Source: Acidobacteriota bacterium (GTDB taxonomy: Bacteria > Acidobacteriota > CAIWXX01). Taken from it: a stretch of DNA of 64,000 nucleotides. The stretch covers positions 32,001 to 96,000 of the forward strand of contig JBFMAF010000033.1 of NCBI GenBank assembly GCA_040755995.1. The letters run 5' to 3'. This document shows, piece by piece, positions 1 to 10,367 of this stretch. How positions within the stretch are numbered: position 1 is the first letter of the stretch; every line of letters starts with the position of its first letter. Made by a program: the position numbers and the translations under genes. The notes beneath the pieces were generated by a model. The model saw nothing but the letters and a program-made list of their open reading frames with translations. It did no database searches and was not told the DNA's origin.

Positions 1-101
1 GGAGGCGAGCGGAGAGCCGGAACGCGGACTGGCGAGAGATCGCCTGCGCCGCAGGCTCCAACTGGTGTCGCCGGCTCGGCCCGCTAGCGAAAGGAGGAGC
101 C

Positions 102-836
102 ATGTTCATTGAATCCCTGATCGGGTTTCAGAAATCGAAGGGAAGACGCCCCGTGAGCTTCACCCTCGCGCTGATAGCGCACGTCGTTTGCATTAGCCTG
201 TTGATCGTCATTCCATTGCTGCAGAGCACGCCGCTCCCGAGGCCTGCGACGATCGCAAAGCTGATCACGCCGCCGGCTCCGGCGCCGCCTCCACCGCCGC
301 CTCCGCCGGCGCGCGAGAGGCCCGCCGACGCGCCGAAACAGATTATGCGCGCCGATACGCCTCCACCGGCCCCTGCCGTCCTGGTTGCTCCGTCAGAGGT
401 GCCCAAGGAGATACTAGAAGATGAGATAGACATTGACCTTCCGGGCGCGGACCCGAACGGTGTCCCCGACGGAGTCCCAGATGGGGTTGCGGACGCTGTT
501 GACACGCGTTCCATCCTGCCGGTGGCACCGATCGCGCGGGACCAGTCCCCAATCCGCATCGGCGGAGACATCCAGCCGCCGAGGTTGATCAGGAAGGTCC
601 CGCCCAGGTACCCGGCGATAGCTATCGCGGCTGGGGTTCAGGGCGTTGTAAAGGTCGAAGCAACAACCGACACGTCGGGTCGTGTCGTGGACGCGCGCGT
701 GACAAGGTCGATTCCGCTGCTCAACGACGCGGCACTGGAGGCCGTACGCCAGTGGATCTACACACCCGTGTTCATCAACGGGCGCCCGCATCCGGTGATC
801 TTCAGCGTGGATGTTGAGTTCATCCTGCGGAGGTAG
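102..836 (+). CDS. tonB: Energy transducer TonB family protein
   Basis: N-terminal TM helix with His (ALIAHVVCI), Pro-rich linker, TonB_C domain (PRYPAIAIAAGVQGVVKVE...AALEAVRQWIYTP); RBS aaggaggag. Confidence 0.9.
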   Translation: MFIESLIGFQKSKGRRPVSFTLALIAHVVCISLLIVIPLLQSTPLPRPATIAKLITPPAPAPPPPPPPPARERPADAPKQIMRADTPPPAPAVLVAPSEVPKEILEDEIDIDLPGADPNGVPDGVPDGVADAVDTRSILPVAPIARDQSPIRIGGDIQPPRLIRKVPPRYPAIAIAAGVQGVVKVEATTDTSGRVVDARVTRSIPLLNDAALEAVRQWIYTPVFINGRPHPVIFSVDVEFILRR

Positions 837-925
837 TTGAAACCCCACGCCGCCTCGACTGGCTCCGCGGCGGCCGATAAGACGGCGCGACACAGATCGC
901 GCCGTACAGTGCTATACTTGGGGGA

Positions 926-1117
926 GTGAGAGTCCATCTGGACGACGAAGAAAAGGAGCTGCCGGGGGGCACGACTGTTCGCAATCTGCTTTCGAGTGAC
1001 GAACGGAAGAGAGTGGATCAGGGATTGTTGCTCATCGTGGACATCCACGGAAACGAACCTCCGCTCGACGCCGCGCTCAGCGACGGCGTGCGCCTGTTTC
1101 GCCGAGAACGGGTTTAG
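926..1117 (+). CDS. Small ThiS/MoaD-like (beta-grasp) hypothetical protein
   Basis: 63 aa, MRVHLDDEEKELPGGTTVRNLL...LSDGVRL pattern resembles ThiS; no C-terminal GG. Confidence 0.4.
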   Translation: MRVHLDDEEKELPGGTTVRNLLSSDERKRVDQGLLLIVDIHGNEPPLDAALSDGVRLFRRERV

Positions 1118-1182
1118 CAGGAGCCCCGCGGCGTCATGGAAACCGCGCAACCCACTGGACGACATGCAACTGGAGGACACAC

Positions 1183-1653
1183 ATGGGCGGCATCGATCTA
1201 TTGACGGGACTCTCTGGAACGTGGGACGGTCCCAATCGTCTCTGGCTCAGACCCACTGAAGCGCCTCACGAGTCGCAGAGCACGGCCACCGTCTTGCCCG
1301 TGATCGGCGGAAGATTCGTTCGGATCGACTACACGTGGGCCTATCAGGGCGAGCCGCAGGAAGGCTCTCTGCTCGTCGGCTATGAGACGGAAGACGACGT
1401 AGTGACAGCCGTCTGGACGGATTCCTGGCACATGGGCGACAAGCTCATGGTCTGCCGCGGAGTGGCCGAGGCGAGCGGCTCCGTCGACGTTCGCGGTTCA
1501 TACGCTGTCCAGTCCGGCCCCGACTGGGGCTGGCGCACAGTGATCCGCTCGCGCGACGACGGCACGTTCGTCATGATAATGTACAACATTACGCCGGAGG
1601 GCACGGAGGCTCTCGCGGTCGAGGCGGTCTACACGAGGGCGGCGCCGCGGTAG
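1183..1653 (+). CDS. DUF1579-like beta-barrel protein
   Basis: LSGTWDG, WTDSWHMG and WGWRT motifs; RBS ggagga. Confidence 0.7.
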   Translation: MGGIDLLTGLSGTWDGPNRLWLRPTEAPHESQSTATVLPVIGGRFVRIDYTWAYQGEPQEGSLLVGYETEDDVVTAVWTDSWHMGDKLMVCRGVAEASGSVDVRGSYAVQSGPDWGWRTVIRSRDDGTFVMIMYNITPEGTEALAVEAVYTRAAPR

Positions 1654-1725
1654 ACAGACGGGCGGCCGCGGAGACCCGGGGGACCAGACCAGCCGTCACT
1701 GCGGGCAAATGTACCGCGCGAACCG

Positions 1726-2037
1726 ATGAGATGGCAGCGGCGTGTCGGGGCCGTGCTGGTGGTCCTCGGCCTGATTGGCTTCCTGACCGTCGCTGACGAC
1801 CTGCGGCACACCGGGGAGATCTGGGGAGTCGGGGCCATCCTCGCTGCCGGCTTGATGCTGCTGGCAACCGGGTCGAAGCACCCATTGACCAGGCGGTTCT
1901 CGCCTCATTGGCTCGGGTTCGGTTTGCTCGCAGGCGCGGTGCTCGGCGCCGGCCTCGACAAGATGCCGCTCGGCGTTGGACTCGGTTCCGCCGTCGGGAT
2001 GCTGGCGGCACTCTGCCTGGCAAAGCGACAGAACTGA
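1726..2037 (+). CDS. Small membrane protein (about 4 TM)
   Basis: Hydrophobic Gly-rich helices, 103 aa. Confidence 0.55.
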   Translation: MRWQRRVGAVLVVLGLIGFLTVADDLRHTGEIWGVGAILAAGLMLLATGSKHPLTRRFSPHWLGFGLLAGAVLGAGLDKMPLGVGLGSAVGMLAALCLAKRQN

Positions 2038-2141
2038 ACGGCGTGCGGCATGCGAGCAGACCCGCCGCTATCTCGACGAAGATCGGCCGAGAACACGGCT
2101 GCGTCAACAATGTTGAAAGATTCGACCATAATCGAAACTAT

Positions 2142-2170
2142 TTGACGAAACCTTCGGTTGTGCCTAAAAT
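2142..2170 (+). promoter_or_regulatory. Sigma70-type promoter, probably giving a leaderless mRNA
   Basis: TTGACG-17 nt-TAAAAT; ATG at 2177 lies 6 nt after the -10 box, with no SD sequence. Confidence 0.6.
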
Positions 2171-2176
2171 TATCCG

Positions 2177-3439
2177 ATGGAGAGCACATACTATTTTCTG
2201 AATCCGTGGTGGGAGAACAGAACATTCGATTGCGGGATTCCGCGCGAGCCCTACCTGCGTCGTCTCCCGGACATGCTCGGCCGCAGGCAGGTGGAGGTTC
2301 TAATAGGCAGCCGACGCGCCGGAAAGACGACCATAGCAAAGCAGCTTGTCAATGCGATGCTCCAAAACGGCTCATCGCCCAACGATCTCGTCTACCTTGC
2401 TCTCGACCTGCCGTCGCTGTCGGGCATGACCCTGAGTGAGCATCTCAGGGCCATCCGGAAGATCCACATGCACGATCGCAGTCGCAAGATATGGCTGTTC
2501 CTCGACGAGGTGCAGGAGAGCCCGAACTGGGAATCCGAGCTGAAAGCGCAACAGGATTTCGAGATGGTCAAGATCTTCGCGACCGGGTCGACAGCCTCGC
2601 TGATCAAGAGCCAGGGAGGGAAGCTGACCGGTCGCCAGGTAGTGACTACGGTCTACCCTCTGAGCTTCCGCGAGTTCCTCCTCTTTCGCGGAGGCGTACC
2701 GGACATGTCTGAAGACTACAAACTGGAAAGACTTGCCGACGAGTACATCCGGGTCGGCGGCTACCCCGAGCATGTGCTGAACCCATCGGATGAGTACCTT
2801 GCAAACCTGGTGGAGGATATCCTGGCGCGCGACCTCGTGAGGTTGTACTCCATCAGAAGGCCAGCTGTGCTCAGGGATCTCCTGCGGCTGGTCGCATCTG
2901 CGGTCGCATCGCGCACCAGCTACAACAGGCTGAGCAAGCTCATAGGTCTATCGGTAGACACAGTGAAGGAGTACATCGGCCACTTGGAGGCCGCCTTTCT
3001 CGTATCTGCGATGGAGAAATGGACGACCTCCTGGTCAGACCGGGTTTACTCCGCCAAGAAGCTCTACCTGTGGGACACAGGAGTGAAGACGGTTCTAACG
3101 GGGCCGGGTGATGCCGGCGCCCGCGCCGAGAACGCAGTGTGGATGGAATTGAAGCGGCGCAGTACCGAAGCGGGCTACTTCGCCGAAAGTGAGCGCGAGG
3201 TGGATTTCGTGGTGGGCAGTGCCGGAGAGCCGTTCCCCATCGAGGTCAAGTTTGTTTCTACGCTGGATTGGCAGGACAGGCGGCTCTCAGGGCTGTTCCT
3301 TTTCCTCAGGCGCAACCCGCGGTCGCGCCGCGCGCTAGTCGTCACGCACAGGGTAGAGGGGCGGAAGGAAGTGGATCGCTGTTCGATAGACGCAGTGCCG
3401 CTCTGGAAGTTCCTTCTGCGGTCGGAGCAGTGGGTCTGA
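2177..3439 (+). CDS. AAA_14 + DUF4143 ATP-binding protein
   Basis: Walker A GSRRAGKT, Walker B LFLDEVQ, GGYP, KKLYLWDTG, C-terminal EVDF...IEVK nuclease-like motif. Confidence 0.9.
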   Translation: MESTYYFLNPWWENRTFDCGIPREPYLRRLPDMLGRRQVEVLIGSRRAGKTTIAKQLVNAMLQNGSSPNDLVYLALDLPSLSGMTLSEHLRAIRKIHMHDRSRKIWLFLDEVQESPNWESELKAQQDFEMVKIFATGSTASLIKSQGGKLTGRQVVTTVYPLSFREFLLFRGGVPDMSEDYKLERLADEYIRVGGYPEHVLNPSDEYLANLVEDILARDLVRLYSIRRPAVLRDLLRLVASAVASRTSYNRLSKLIGLSVDTVKEYIGHLEAAFLVSAMEKWTTSWSDRVYSAKKLYLWDTGVKTVLTGPGDAGARAENAVWMELKRRSTEAGYFAESEREVDFVVGSAGEPFPIEVKFVSTLDWQDRRLSGLFLFLRRNPRSRRALVVTHRVEGRKEVDRCSIDAVPLWKFLLRSEQWV

Positions 3440-3681
3440 GATAGGGCCCTCGCGGCCTCCCTGCCTTGACGAATGGCTCGGACTGACGAATTCCGGACGT
3501 GCTGACACTGGATGCTTCGCTGATCGCGGTCGCTACCAATCGTGAGGAGCGGTAGCCGCGGACGGCTCGCTGACGCCCGGTGGAAGCTCCAAGGCATGAG
3601 CAAGGGCCAGATTCAATTCGGCGATTTCGCTGGTTGGCAGACTCGCGACGATCCAGTCCGTACGCACCACACCAAACGGAT

Positions 3682-3704
3682 TCGCGGGGCGCCATGCCCC
3701 GCGA
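3682..3704. terminator. Hairpin between convergent genes
   Basis: TCGCGGGGC-gccat-GCCCCGCGA, perfect 9-bp stem, downstream of the S8 gene. Confidence 0.45.
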
Positions 3705-3744
3705 TAGAACCTGTCGCCTTCCGTTACCTGCGCGTGCTTCTGAG

Positions 3745-6549
3745 CTACCTCACAGTGAAGCGATATGTCTTCGAGCGCGTGCGGCCGTGCTCGTTGTAAG
3801 CAGTCACACGCCAGTAGTAGGTGGTGCGGCGGTTCAGCCCCTTGAGCTCGTACTCAGTGCCGGTGATTCCGTTCACCTCTGCGAAGATCTTGCCCTTGCG
3901 TGAGCCTTCGCGCACTATCAGGTCGTATCCGTCGACACAGGAGCTTTGCCACTTGAGAGTCACCGTCGTGCGTGTTCTGCCGTGGTTCGCCGGGGAGATG
4001 AGCTCGGGCTTGTCCGGCGCGTCTTCGCACTCTCCGGGCGCGAGCGCCTTCGTCGGGCCCGCCCACTCGGATCCGCCCTCGTTCCTGACAGCCTCGACCT
4101 TGTAGTAGTAGGTCTCCGATGCGGTGATCGTCGTGTCGTTGAACGAGTAAGTCGCACCCTGGTGGGAGCTGCCTGTGGACTCGATGAGGTCGGCGTTCAA
4201 CTTGGTATACTCGCCGTTCCGGCTCGTGCTGCGCCATACGTTGAATCCGAGCACGTCCCTCTCCGTTTGAGTCTTCCATTCGACGTCGACCTGGGTTGGG
4301 CCGACGATCGTTGCCGTGAGCGATACGATGGTGGCAACAGTAGGTCCGTTCAGAGTCCATGTGCCGTTGCCGCTCACGCGCTTTACTACGATATAGCAGC
4401 CTTCGGTGGTGGATGCCGTATAGTCGATGCTTTCGTCGGTCCCCGACCCCGCGTTGGTGCTCGACGCTCGTATGACCGGGTTGCCTTTCGAATCGGGCGT
4501 GGCGGAATAGACGTACAGGTCGAAATCGGCCGTGGCCGGGACGTCCAATGTCAACACGGCCCTGTGCCCGGAGGTTAGGCTCGAGTACCTCCCCCAAGCG
4601 CGCCGGTCAAAGGCTCCGCCGTTGGTGGAGCCGTTGATGCTGCTTCCCGTGTACTGAAGCATCACCGCTTCGATCGCCGCGTCGGGATTGATCATCCCGT
4701 AGCCTTCGAATCTGTCCTTGGGCGTTGCCGCTCTGCCGAGGGTGGGATCAGAGCCCGAGCTTGCTTCACGGTTCGCGTTGCTCTCTGTCGCAGTGGCACA
4801 CAGGAGCATCTTGACCAGCAGGGGATGGGTGCTGGAGCTGAAACTCCAGGTCAAGCCCTTCTGCTGCAGCGCGTCAATCACAAGGGCGGCAGCACCTGCA
4901 GCGAATGGAGATGCCATGGAGGTTCCCTTGATGTTGTAATAGTCGTGCGCCGCCACGTCGGAGAAGCTGGTAGTCAACGCGTCGGCGTCGTTCGAATCCA
5001 CCGACAGTATGAGGGCGTAGTAGTCGGATCCTCCGGGCGCCATGACGTCCGGCTTGTTGTCCTCATCGGCTTCGGGGCTAAGAAAACCGCTGCTGGTGTA
5101 TTCGGTCAGCTCGTTAAGGGTATTGCCTGCGGCGACCGTGAGCGCCTTGGCTGCCCTTCCAGGATCATCCACGAGATTTGCGTTCGCAGTCCCGGGCCCA
5201 TCGTTTCCGGCGGAACAGACGGCCACTATGCCGTTATCGACCATCGTATTCACCTTGGTGCGCTGTGTAGTGCTGATGCCCGGGTCGCCGATCACCCCGA
5301 TGCTCATGTTGACTACCTTGATGTTGTGGGTGGTGCGCTGAGTCACCACATCGTCCATCGCCTCTCCGATATCGACGCCGCTTCCAGTTCCGGCGTTGGT
5401 GAACACCTTGAACCCCGCCCATCGGCAAGACGGCGCGACACCGCTCAAGGCGTTGAACCCATCTCCGACGACGGAGTAAGTCACCGTGTGAGCGCCGGCC
5501 CAATACGTATTGGTTCCGTTGGAATTCACCGTGCCCGTGTAGTGTGTCCCAGATGCTGCCGTGAAGTTGCTGGTCCAAGTGAGGGGCGAACTCCCTGATG
5601 TGCCGCTGATGAGAGTGTAGGGAGCGGCGTCGCCGTCAGGGTCGTACCGATGACGGACAAGGGTGGTCCCACCGCCGGCCCAGGTACCGACTGTCGTCCA
5701 TGCGATGCTTGAGCCCGCTGAGAGATGGATCGGGCTGGGTGAGTAGTACCCAGACGGTAAGCCGGTCCAATCGCCACTGTCGGTGAATCGAAGCTGTGTC
5801 GGCGTGGCGGCGATGGCGGCGCCGGTGCCCAGGGCGATGCCGGTGACATGGGTCCCATGCTGGATTATGTCCCTGGGATTCGCCTCGGCATCCGACGTCC
5901 AGTCCACCCAGTACTCCTGGCGTCCGTTGAGGTCGGTGTGTGAATCGTCGATGCCCGTGTCGATAACGCCTATGGTGATGTTCGAGTTGCCGTCGAAGCC
6001 GGCAGCACTTCCAGCGAAGCCCGATACCCAAACGGGCCTGACTCGGCCGTTCTGGGTTGCTTCCTTCAGGTGCAGCTCCGCTGGATGATCGCCGACCACC
6101 GCGACCAGATTCGCTCCCATGGCGGCGGGCAGTTGTTCCACGCTGCCGATGGCGATCCGGCCGTTCCAGCCGTAGCTGACGGATTGGTAGATATGCTCGA
6201 TGACACCGCCCATGGCAGTGAACCTGTTGATCTGATCCTGTGTGATCTGTTCCGCGAAGACGAGCTCGATACGGGCGATTTCCGCCAGTGCCTGAGTGCG
6301 TTCAGCGGGCTGTGCGAGCTTTCTCGCTGCGGAGAGCTTGTCATCTATCAGATCGTCGATCTTGTTGAGGTCCCGGTCGTCAGGCCCCAGGTCGGCGATA
6401 ATCGGTCTCACCGCGGGCTCGGGCGGAGCGACCAGTTCTTCAGGAGGCAGCGCCCGGTCAGCTGCCTGACCGACTAACGTGCCCGCGGAAATCAGAAATG
6501 AGAATGCGACAACGAAGAAGACGATTCGACGCTTGGTCATGCCCCTCAC
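3745..6549 (-). CDS. Secreted S8 (subtilisin-like) serine protease with PPC-like, Ig-like and FN3-like C-terminal domains
   Basis: Signal peptide; catalytic triad VIDTGID / QHGTHVTG / GTSMASP; oxyanion SAGNDG; C-terminal YYWRVTA FN3-like domain. Confidence 0.9.
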   Translation of the reverse strand: MRGMTKRRIVFFVVAFSFLISAGTLVGQAADRALPPEELVAPPEPAVRPIIADLGPDDRDLNKIDDLIDDKLSAARKLAQPAERTQALAEIARIELVFAEQITQDQINRFTAMGGVIEHIYQSVSYGWNGRIAIGSVEQLPAAMGANLVAVVGDHPAELHLKEATQNGRVRPVWVSGFAGSAAGFDGNSNITIGVIDTGIDDSHTDLNGRQEYWVDWTSDAEANPRDIIQHGTHVTGIALGTGAAIAATPTQLRFTDSGDWTGLPSGYYSPSPIHLSAGSSIAWTTVGTWAGGGTTLVRHRYDPDGDAAPYTLISGTSGSSPLTWTSNFTAASGTHYTGTVNSNGTNTYWAGAHTVTYSVVGDGFNALSGVAPSCRWAGFKVFTNAGTGSGVDIGEAMDDVVTQRTTHNIKVVNMSIGVIGDPGISTTQRTKVNTMVDNGIVAVCSAGNDGPGTANANLVDDPGRAAKALTVAAGNTLNELTEYTSSGFLSPEADEDNKPDVMAPGGSDYYALILSVDSNDADALTTSFSDVAAHDYYNIKGTSMASPFAAGAAALVIDALQQKGLTWSFSSSTHPLLVKMLLCATATESNANREASSGSDPTLGRAATPKDRFEGYGMINPDAAIEAVMLQYTGSSINGSTNGGAFDRRAWGRYSSLTSGHRAVLTLDVPATADFDLYVYSATPDSKGNPVIRASSTNAGSGTDESIDYTASTTEGCYIVVKRVSGNGTWTLNGPTVATIVSLTATIVGPTQVDVEWKTQTERDVLGFNVWRSTSRNGEYTKLNADLIESTGSSHQGATYSFNDTTITASETYYYKVEAVRNEGGSEWAGPTKALAPGECEDAPDKPELISPANHGRTRTTVTLKWQSSCVDGYDLIVREGSRKGKIFAEVNGITGTEYELKGLNRRTTYYWRVTAYNEHGRTRSKTYRFTVR

Positions 6550-6769
6550 CCTCCTGTCGGAAGCCCGTGACCGATGGCCGGAGAACGCATGTCTTCCAGT
6601 CGATGCGGTCGCCCGTTTTTTCGATCAACACTGTACTTATTTAAGAGCAATGGGCCGCACCAAGTCAAGTTCTGTTTCAGTGCTTCATGTGCGTGGCATG
6701 TTTGTGATCTATGTGTGATAGACTGCCGGTCGGTGCGCGGGGGAGCTAGCCCGGCGGCCTCGCGCAGAA

Positions 6770-7030
6770 ATGGGTATGGCGAACTCTTACACTACCAGAG
6801 AAATCGGCTCCGAATTGCTTCTGTATGATGCCGAGACTGATGAGGTGCACGTTCTCAATGCCACCGCGCGGCTGGTTTACGAATTGCACCAGATGGGGAG
6901 CACGCCGGCCCAGATTGGAGAGGTTCTCAGGAGTCGGTTCTCCCTGGGCGAAGAAGTCGACGTCCTCGGCGACGTCGTGGGTTGCCTCGACGAGCTGCGG
7001 AAAAAGGGCATGATCGCGTCCGAGGCGTAG
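6770..7030 (+). CDS. Stand-alone PqqD family (RiPP recognition element) protein
   Basis: 86 aa; ELLLYD..TDEVHVLNATARLVYEL...DVVGCLDELRKKGMI is a typical PqqD pattern. Confidence 0.85.
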   Translation: MGMANSYTTREIGSELLLYDAETDEVHVLNATARLVYELHQMGSTPAQIGEVLRSRFSLGEEVDVLGDVVGCLDELRKKGMIASEA

Positions 7031-7080
7031 GATCGCGGCCCCGCGAGACTACTGCCGCGCCGGCCCGGCGCCGAGGTCGA

Positions 7081-7542
7081 TCAGGAGCTGAGAGCCCTGC
7101 GGCAGCGGCTTGCTGAAGCCAGCGCTCCAGCCCACACTAGGCTCATCAGTGCAAGCATCGGATTCAACCATCTCCACGGTATGGCCCGCATCCTGAGTAT
7201 CCGGTCTCCCCTGTGGATGGCATCGACCGTGCCGACTACGCGATCTGCGTCCACCCAGCTCCACCCGTGCTGATTATCTCCCCTCTGGCAGACGCGCAGC
7301 GCGCCGCTCGTTCTCGATTTTCGGACGAGCCGGTGGACAACGAGGCTCCCATCGTTCCAGAAGGCGAGGATATCGCCTCTGCTAGGCTCCTCGGGATGCA
7401 CCAGCCGGATGTCCACGTGGTCGCCCGGCCGGATCAGCGGCCACATGCTCCGCCCCGCGACAGGCACCGAGACCATCCTCTGCGCGTCTCGATAGCTCCG
7501 CAGAATGGGCAGCGCGTACTGAACCGGGCTCTCTTCGCGCAT
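7081..7542 (-). CDS. S24/S26 family (signal peptidase-like) peptidase
   Basis: GRSMWPLIRPGD (Ser), LVVHRLV (His), RGDN motif; no N-terminal TM anchor. Confidence 0.85.
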   Translation of the reverse strand: MREESPVQYALPILRSYRDAQRMVSVPVAGRSMWPLIRPGDHVDIRLVHPEEPSRGDILAFWNDGSLVVHRLVRKSRTSGALRVCQRGDNQHGWSWVDADRVVGTVDAIHRGDRILRMRAIPWRWLNPMLALMSLVWAGALASASRCRRALSS

Positions 7543-7547
7543 CCTAC

Positions 7548-10367
7548 CTAGTCCCTGCGCTTGACGGCCAGCTCGGTGGCCGTGTCTCCGAGAAGCGTGA
7601 AAGTCTTCACCAGGTCCTCGGTGGCACCTCGAGCGTACGCCTTGATCCTCGATTGCGTCGTGATCTGGCCGAGGCCCTTCCGCCCCTGTTCGAATATCGA
7701 CGAGAAGACCTCTTCTCCGAGGAAGCTGTGTTCCCAGGAGTACCCCAGACCTGTAGGCGCGAAGCTCGCGACGGCGCCCTTGCTGTGCGCCACCACGAAT
7801 TCCTCTCCGAGCGAGTCGTAGTACGGATTGGAGAAGTACCCGTTCAGGCAGTCCAGGGTCATCACGAAGGTGAGGTGATCGTTGTTCTGGAGCGATGCCA
7901 CGTCGGCCGAATCGAAAAGCCCCTCTCCCGTCCAGATCGTGACATTGGCATGCCCGACATAGTTAGTGATCACCACCCCTGAGTCGATATTCGCGATGAT
8001 ATCCTGTGTCGCCTGAGCCGTCGACGAGTATGAGCCCAGATACACCCTGCGCGGCTCATATCGAGAGGGCAAGAGGCCGATCAGCGTCTCGTTGATCTGC
8101 TCGAAAACGGACTCGTAGTTGTCTGCGGCGAAGAGCGCTGTCTTTGGCATCGAATCCGCGGCGGCCTGATAGCCGGATACCTTTCGCACGAGCGAATCGG
8201 CCGAAGAAGCGTCCTTGGCGGACAATCTTCCGATGAACATGTCCGGGAGCGAGTCGTTTCCGTCCACCGCGACATACCAGTTGTCATCGGGTGTTATGCC
8301 CAGCTCGGAGGTGATGGACAGATGCACCGGCACCAAGTTCTTGGCGCCCGTGAGGAAGTAGTCCCTGTAGTCGGTGTTCGCGTCCCCGAGTAGAACCACG
8401 TGGGTTGGCGCGGGCTTTCTCCACCTGCGATAAGCATTGGCGAGGAAATCCTTGATGGCCTGTGGATTGAAGATGCCATAGTTGAACTCGTTGTAGATGT
8501 CATCGACGACCACCGACACGGTTCTCAGCCCCTGTTTCTTCCGCAGCTCGCACAACCGATCTGCTGCCGACTTGAAGCCGCGGGGCGATATCACGATGTA
8601 GTCCGCGCTGTTCCTCCGCGACTTCAAGTTCGTCGCGCGCCAGAATGTGACCTCGTCCGGAACCCGCCGGCTCGCCTGCGCAGCCGCCCAATATCTCTTC
8701 TGTCCCGCGAGGTCTGTCTCGAACGATACCTTGGACGCCCGGCCCGCCGCTCCAATCTGCAGCCCAGTCACCTCTTTGACGTCACGGGGGTCGCTGATGT
8801 CGAAAACCGTGGCGTCCGGACTGAGGTTGGCAACTTCGAGGAGATACCGTCCTGCGCCTTCGACCGTAAACGCCAACTGATCTCCGACCGCCTCAAAGCG
8901 CCGTTTGTATACAACCTCGATCCAGTTGAGCAGAACCTGATCAGTCGACGCACCGGGGTCCTTGATGAGCTGAACAGTCAGCGTATTGGCCCCACCGAGC
9001 AGCAACGCCGAGGTCGCGGTCATCTCCTGAGTGTGGGCTATGGTGCCAGCCCAGTATTCGTCGCTCAACAGCGTTCCGTTCAGCGACACCTGGGTATGGT
9101 GCACACCCGTGCTGTAGCCCCGATAGCAGACCCGCACGATTGCCCCGTAGGCTTCAGCGGCCGGCCCAGGTACTTGAAGACCGTAATTCTTCGTCGCCTG
9201 CGACGTGATTCGTTCCCAGAACCAGTAGTCCTCTTCGGTCGCCCCCGGCGTGCCTTCCCACACCCTGTGATTCTCTTCGACGTGAAGCGTGTCCCAGAAG
9301 GAGCCCAACGGCGTGCCGAGGCCCGTCACAGAGCCGTCCACTGTGTCCATCCTGGTTCCGGAATTCCCACCCCATTGGAGCCAATAGACGTTCGTGTCCG
9401 TGAATTGATCGTCCAGTCTCTCGGCGTAGAACTCCAGGTAGTCCCCGTTCCGGAACTTGCTCGAAGACCGGCTCACCAGCTTGAATGCCACCTCGTTCCC
9501 CTTGTTGGTGAGGCGGAAACTGGAAGGATTGATGCGCCTGGCGATTACGCCAGCGTTCCTGAGATCTCCATAGCCAACTCTGTAGATACCGGCCTGCTTG
9601 ACTCCGATCTTCAGCGCGTCGGCGAGCGGCCGCGACTCGTCTGTCTCGGAGCCCGGTTCGAGACCGGGCGCCGGCGCGGAGAGATCCGCGGCATCGTAAT
9701 TGATCACAGCATCATCCAGCAGCTGCTCAAATGCGCCATCGGCGCTCGGCGTTGGCGCGGCAGCAGGCTGGTGCGGCCCGGGGCCGAACGAGACTTCCAC
9801 TAGCATTCTCTGCGACACGCGGAGCTCCCTCGTGGATGGATTCCACTGGATGGGGTACATGGTCACCCTGCGAACGGGCACCCCGCGCAGCCATTGCACA
9901 TCCGAGACATCTGCAGTCTTTCCCGGGTAGAAATCCGGCTGGCCATATACCGATGCGTCTCGCACATGCTCTGTAAGCACGGCGCCCTTCTCACCCAGCC
10001 TCAGGCGCGGTACCGAGCCGACCTCCTGATCGGGGTAGGACTCATGGCCCTGCTCGACAACGTGCAGCACAGCCTCGCTATCGGGCGGGACCCGGATCAG
10101 GACGCTTCGTACGGGGAGGTCGGGATGGCCGGGTGTGGCCACCGAAGCCCAGCCCTCTACTCGGACCTTCTGATACGGGCTTCCGCCGGCGTCATAGAGA
10201 GTGTCTGATTCGACGCGCGGCGTCGCAAGCTCGATCGTCAATCCCGATTCTGTCTCCGAGAGCAGCCGCACGTCTTCATCGGCGAGCAGAGGATACGCAA
10301 CCATCGCAGCCGCTGCCAGCTGAGCAACCGCGAGCGTCTTGAGATTATCGATTCGCACATGTGTCAT
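7548..10367 (-). CDS. C25 family (gingipain/PorU-like) cysteine peptidase with propeptide
   Basis: Propeptide-like N-terminus (GHPDLPV), ADYIVISP, DIYNEFNYG, VVLLGD, DNWYV, IGRL, catalytic NYVGHA and TLDCLNG, LLGD at the end. Confidence 0.9.
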   Translation of the reverse strand: MTHVRIDNLKTLAVAQLAAAAMVAYPLLADEDVRLLSETESGLTIELATPRVESDTLYDAGGSPYQKVRVEGWASVATPGHPDLPVRSVLIRVPPDSEAVLHVVEQGHESYPDQEVGSVPRLRLGEKGAVLTEHVRDASVYGQPDFYPGKTADVSDVQWLRGVPVRRVTMYPIQWNPSTRELRVSQRMLVEVSFGPGPHQPAAAPTPSADGAFEQLLDDAVINYDAADLSAPAPGLEPGSETDESRPLADALKIGVKQAGIYRVGYGDLRNAGVIARRINPSSFRLTNKGNEVAFKLVSRSSSKFRNGDYLEFYAERLDDQFTDTNVYWLQWGGNSGTRMDTVDGSVTGLGTPLGSFWDTLHVEENHRVWEGTPGATEEDYWFWERITSQATKNYGLQVPGPAAEAYGAIVRVCYRGYSTGVHHTQVSLNGTLLSDEYWAGTIAHTQEMTATSALLLGGANTLTVQLIKDPGASTDQVLLNWIEVVYKRRFEAVGDQLAFTVEGAGRYLLEVANLSPDATVFDISDPRDVKEVTGLQIGAAGRASKVSFETDLAGQKRYWAAAQASRRVPDEVTFWRATNLKSRRNSADYIVISPRGFKSAADRLCELRKKQGLRTVSVVVDDIYNEFNYGIFNPQAIKDFLANAYRRWRKPAPTHVVLLGDANTDYRDYFLTGAKNLVPVHLSITSELGITPDDNWYVAVDGNDSLPDMFIGRLSAKDASSADSLVRKVSGYQAAADSMPKTALFAADNYESVFEQINETLIGLLPSRYEPRRVYLGSYSSTAQATQDIIANIDSGVVITNYVGHANVTIWTGEGLFDSADVASLQNNDHLTFVMTLDCLNGYFSNPYYDSLGEEFVVAHSKGAVASFAPTGLGYSWEHSFLGEEVFSSIFEQGRKGLGQITTQSRIKAYARGATEDLVKTFTLLGDTATELAVKRRD

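Noticed and set aside
8400..9803. Long antisense ORFs (also 31768-32961, 49234-50565, 59108-60121)
   Set aside because: Shadow frames of well-supported genes in GC-rich DNA, with no motifs
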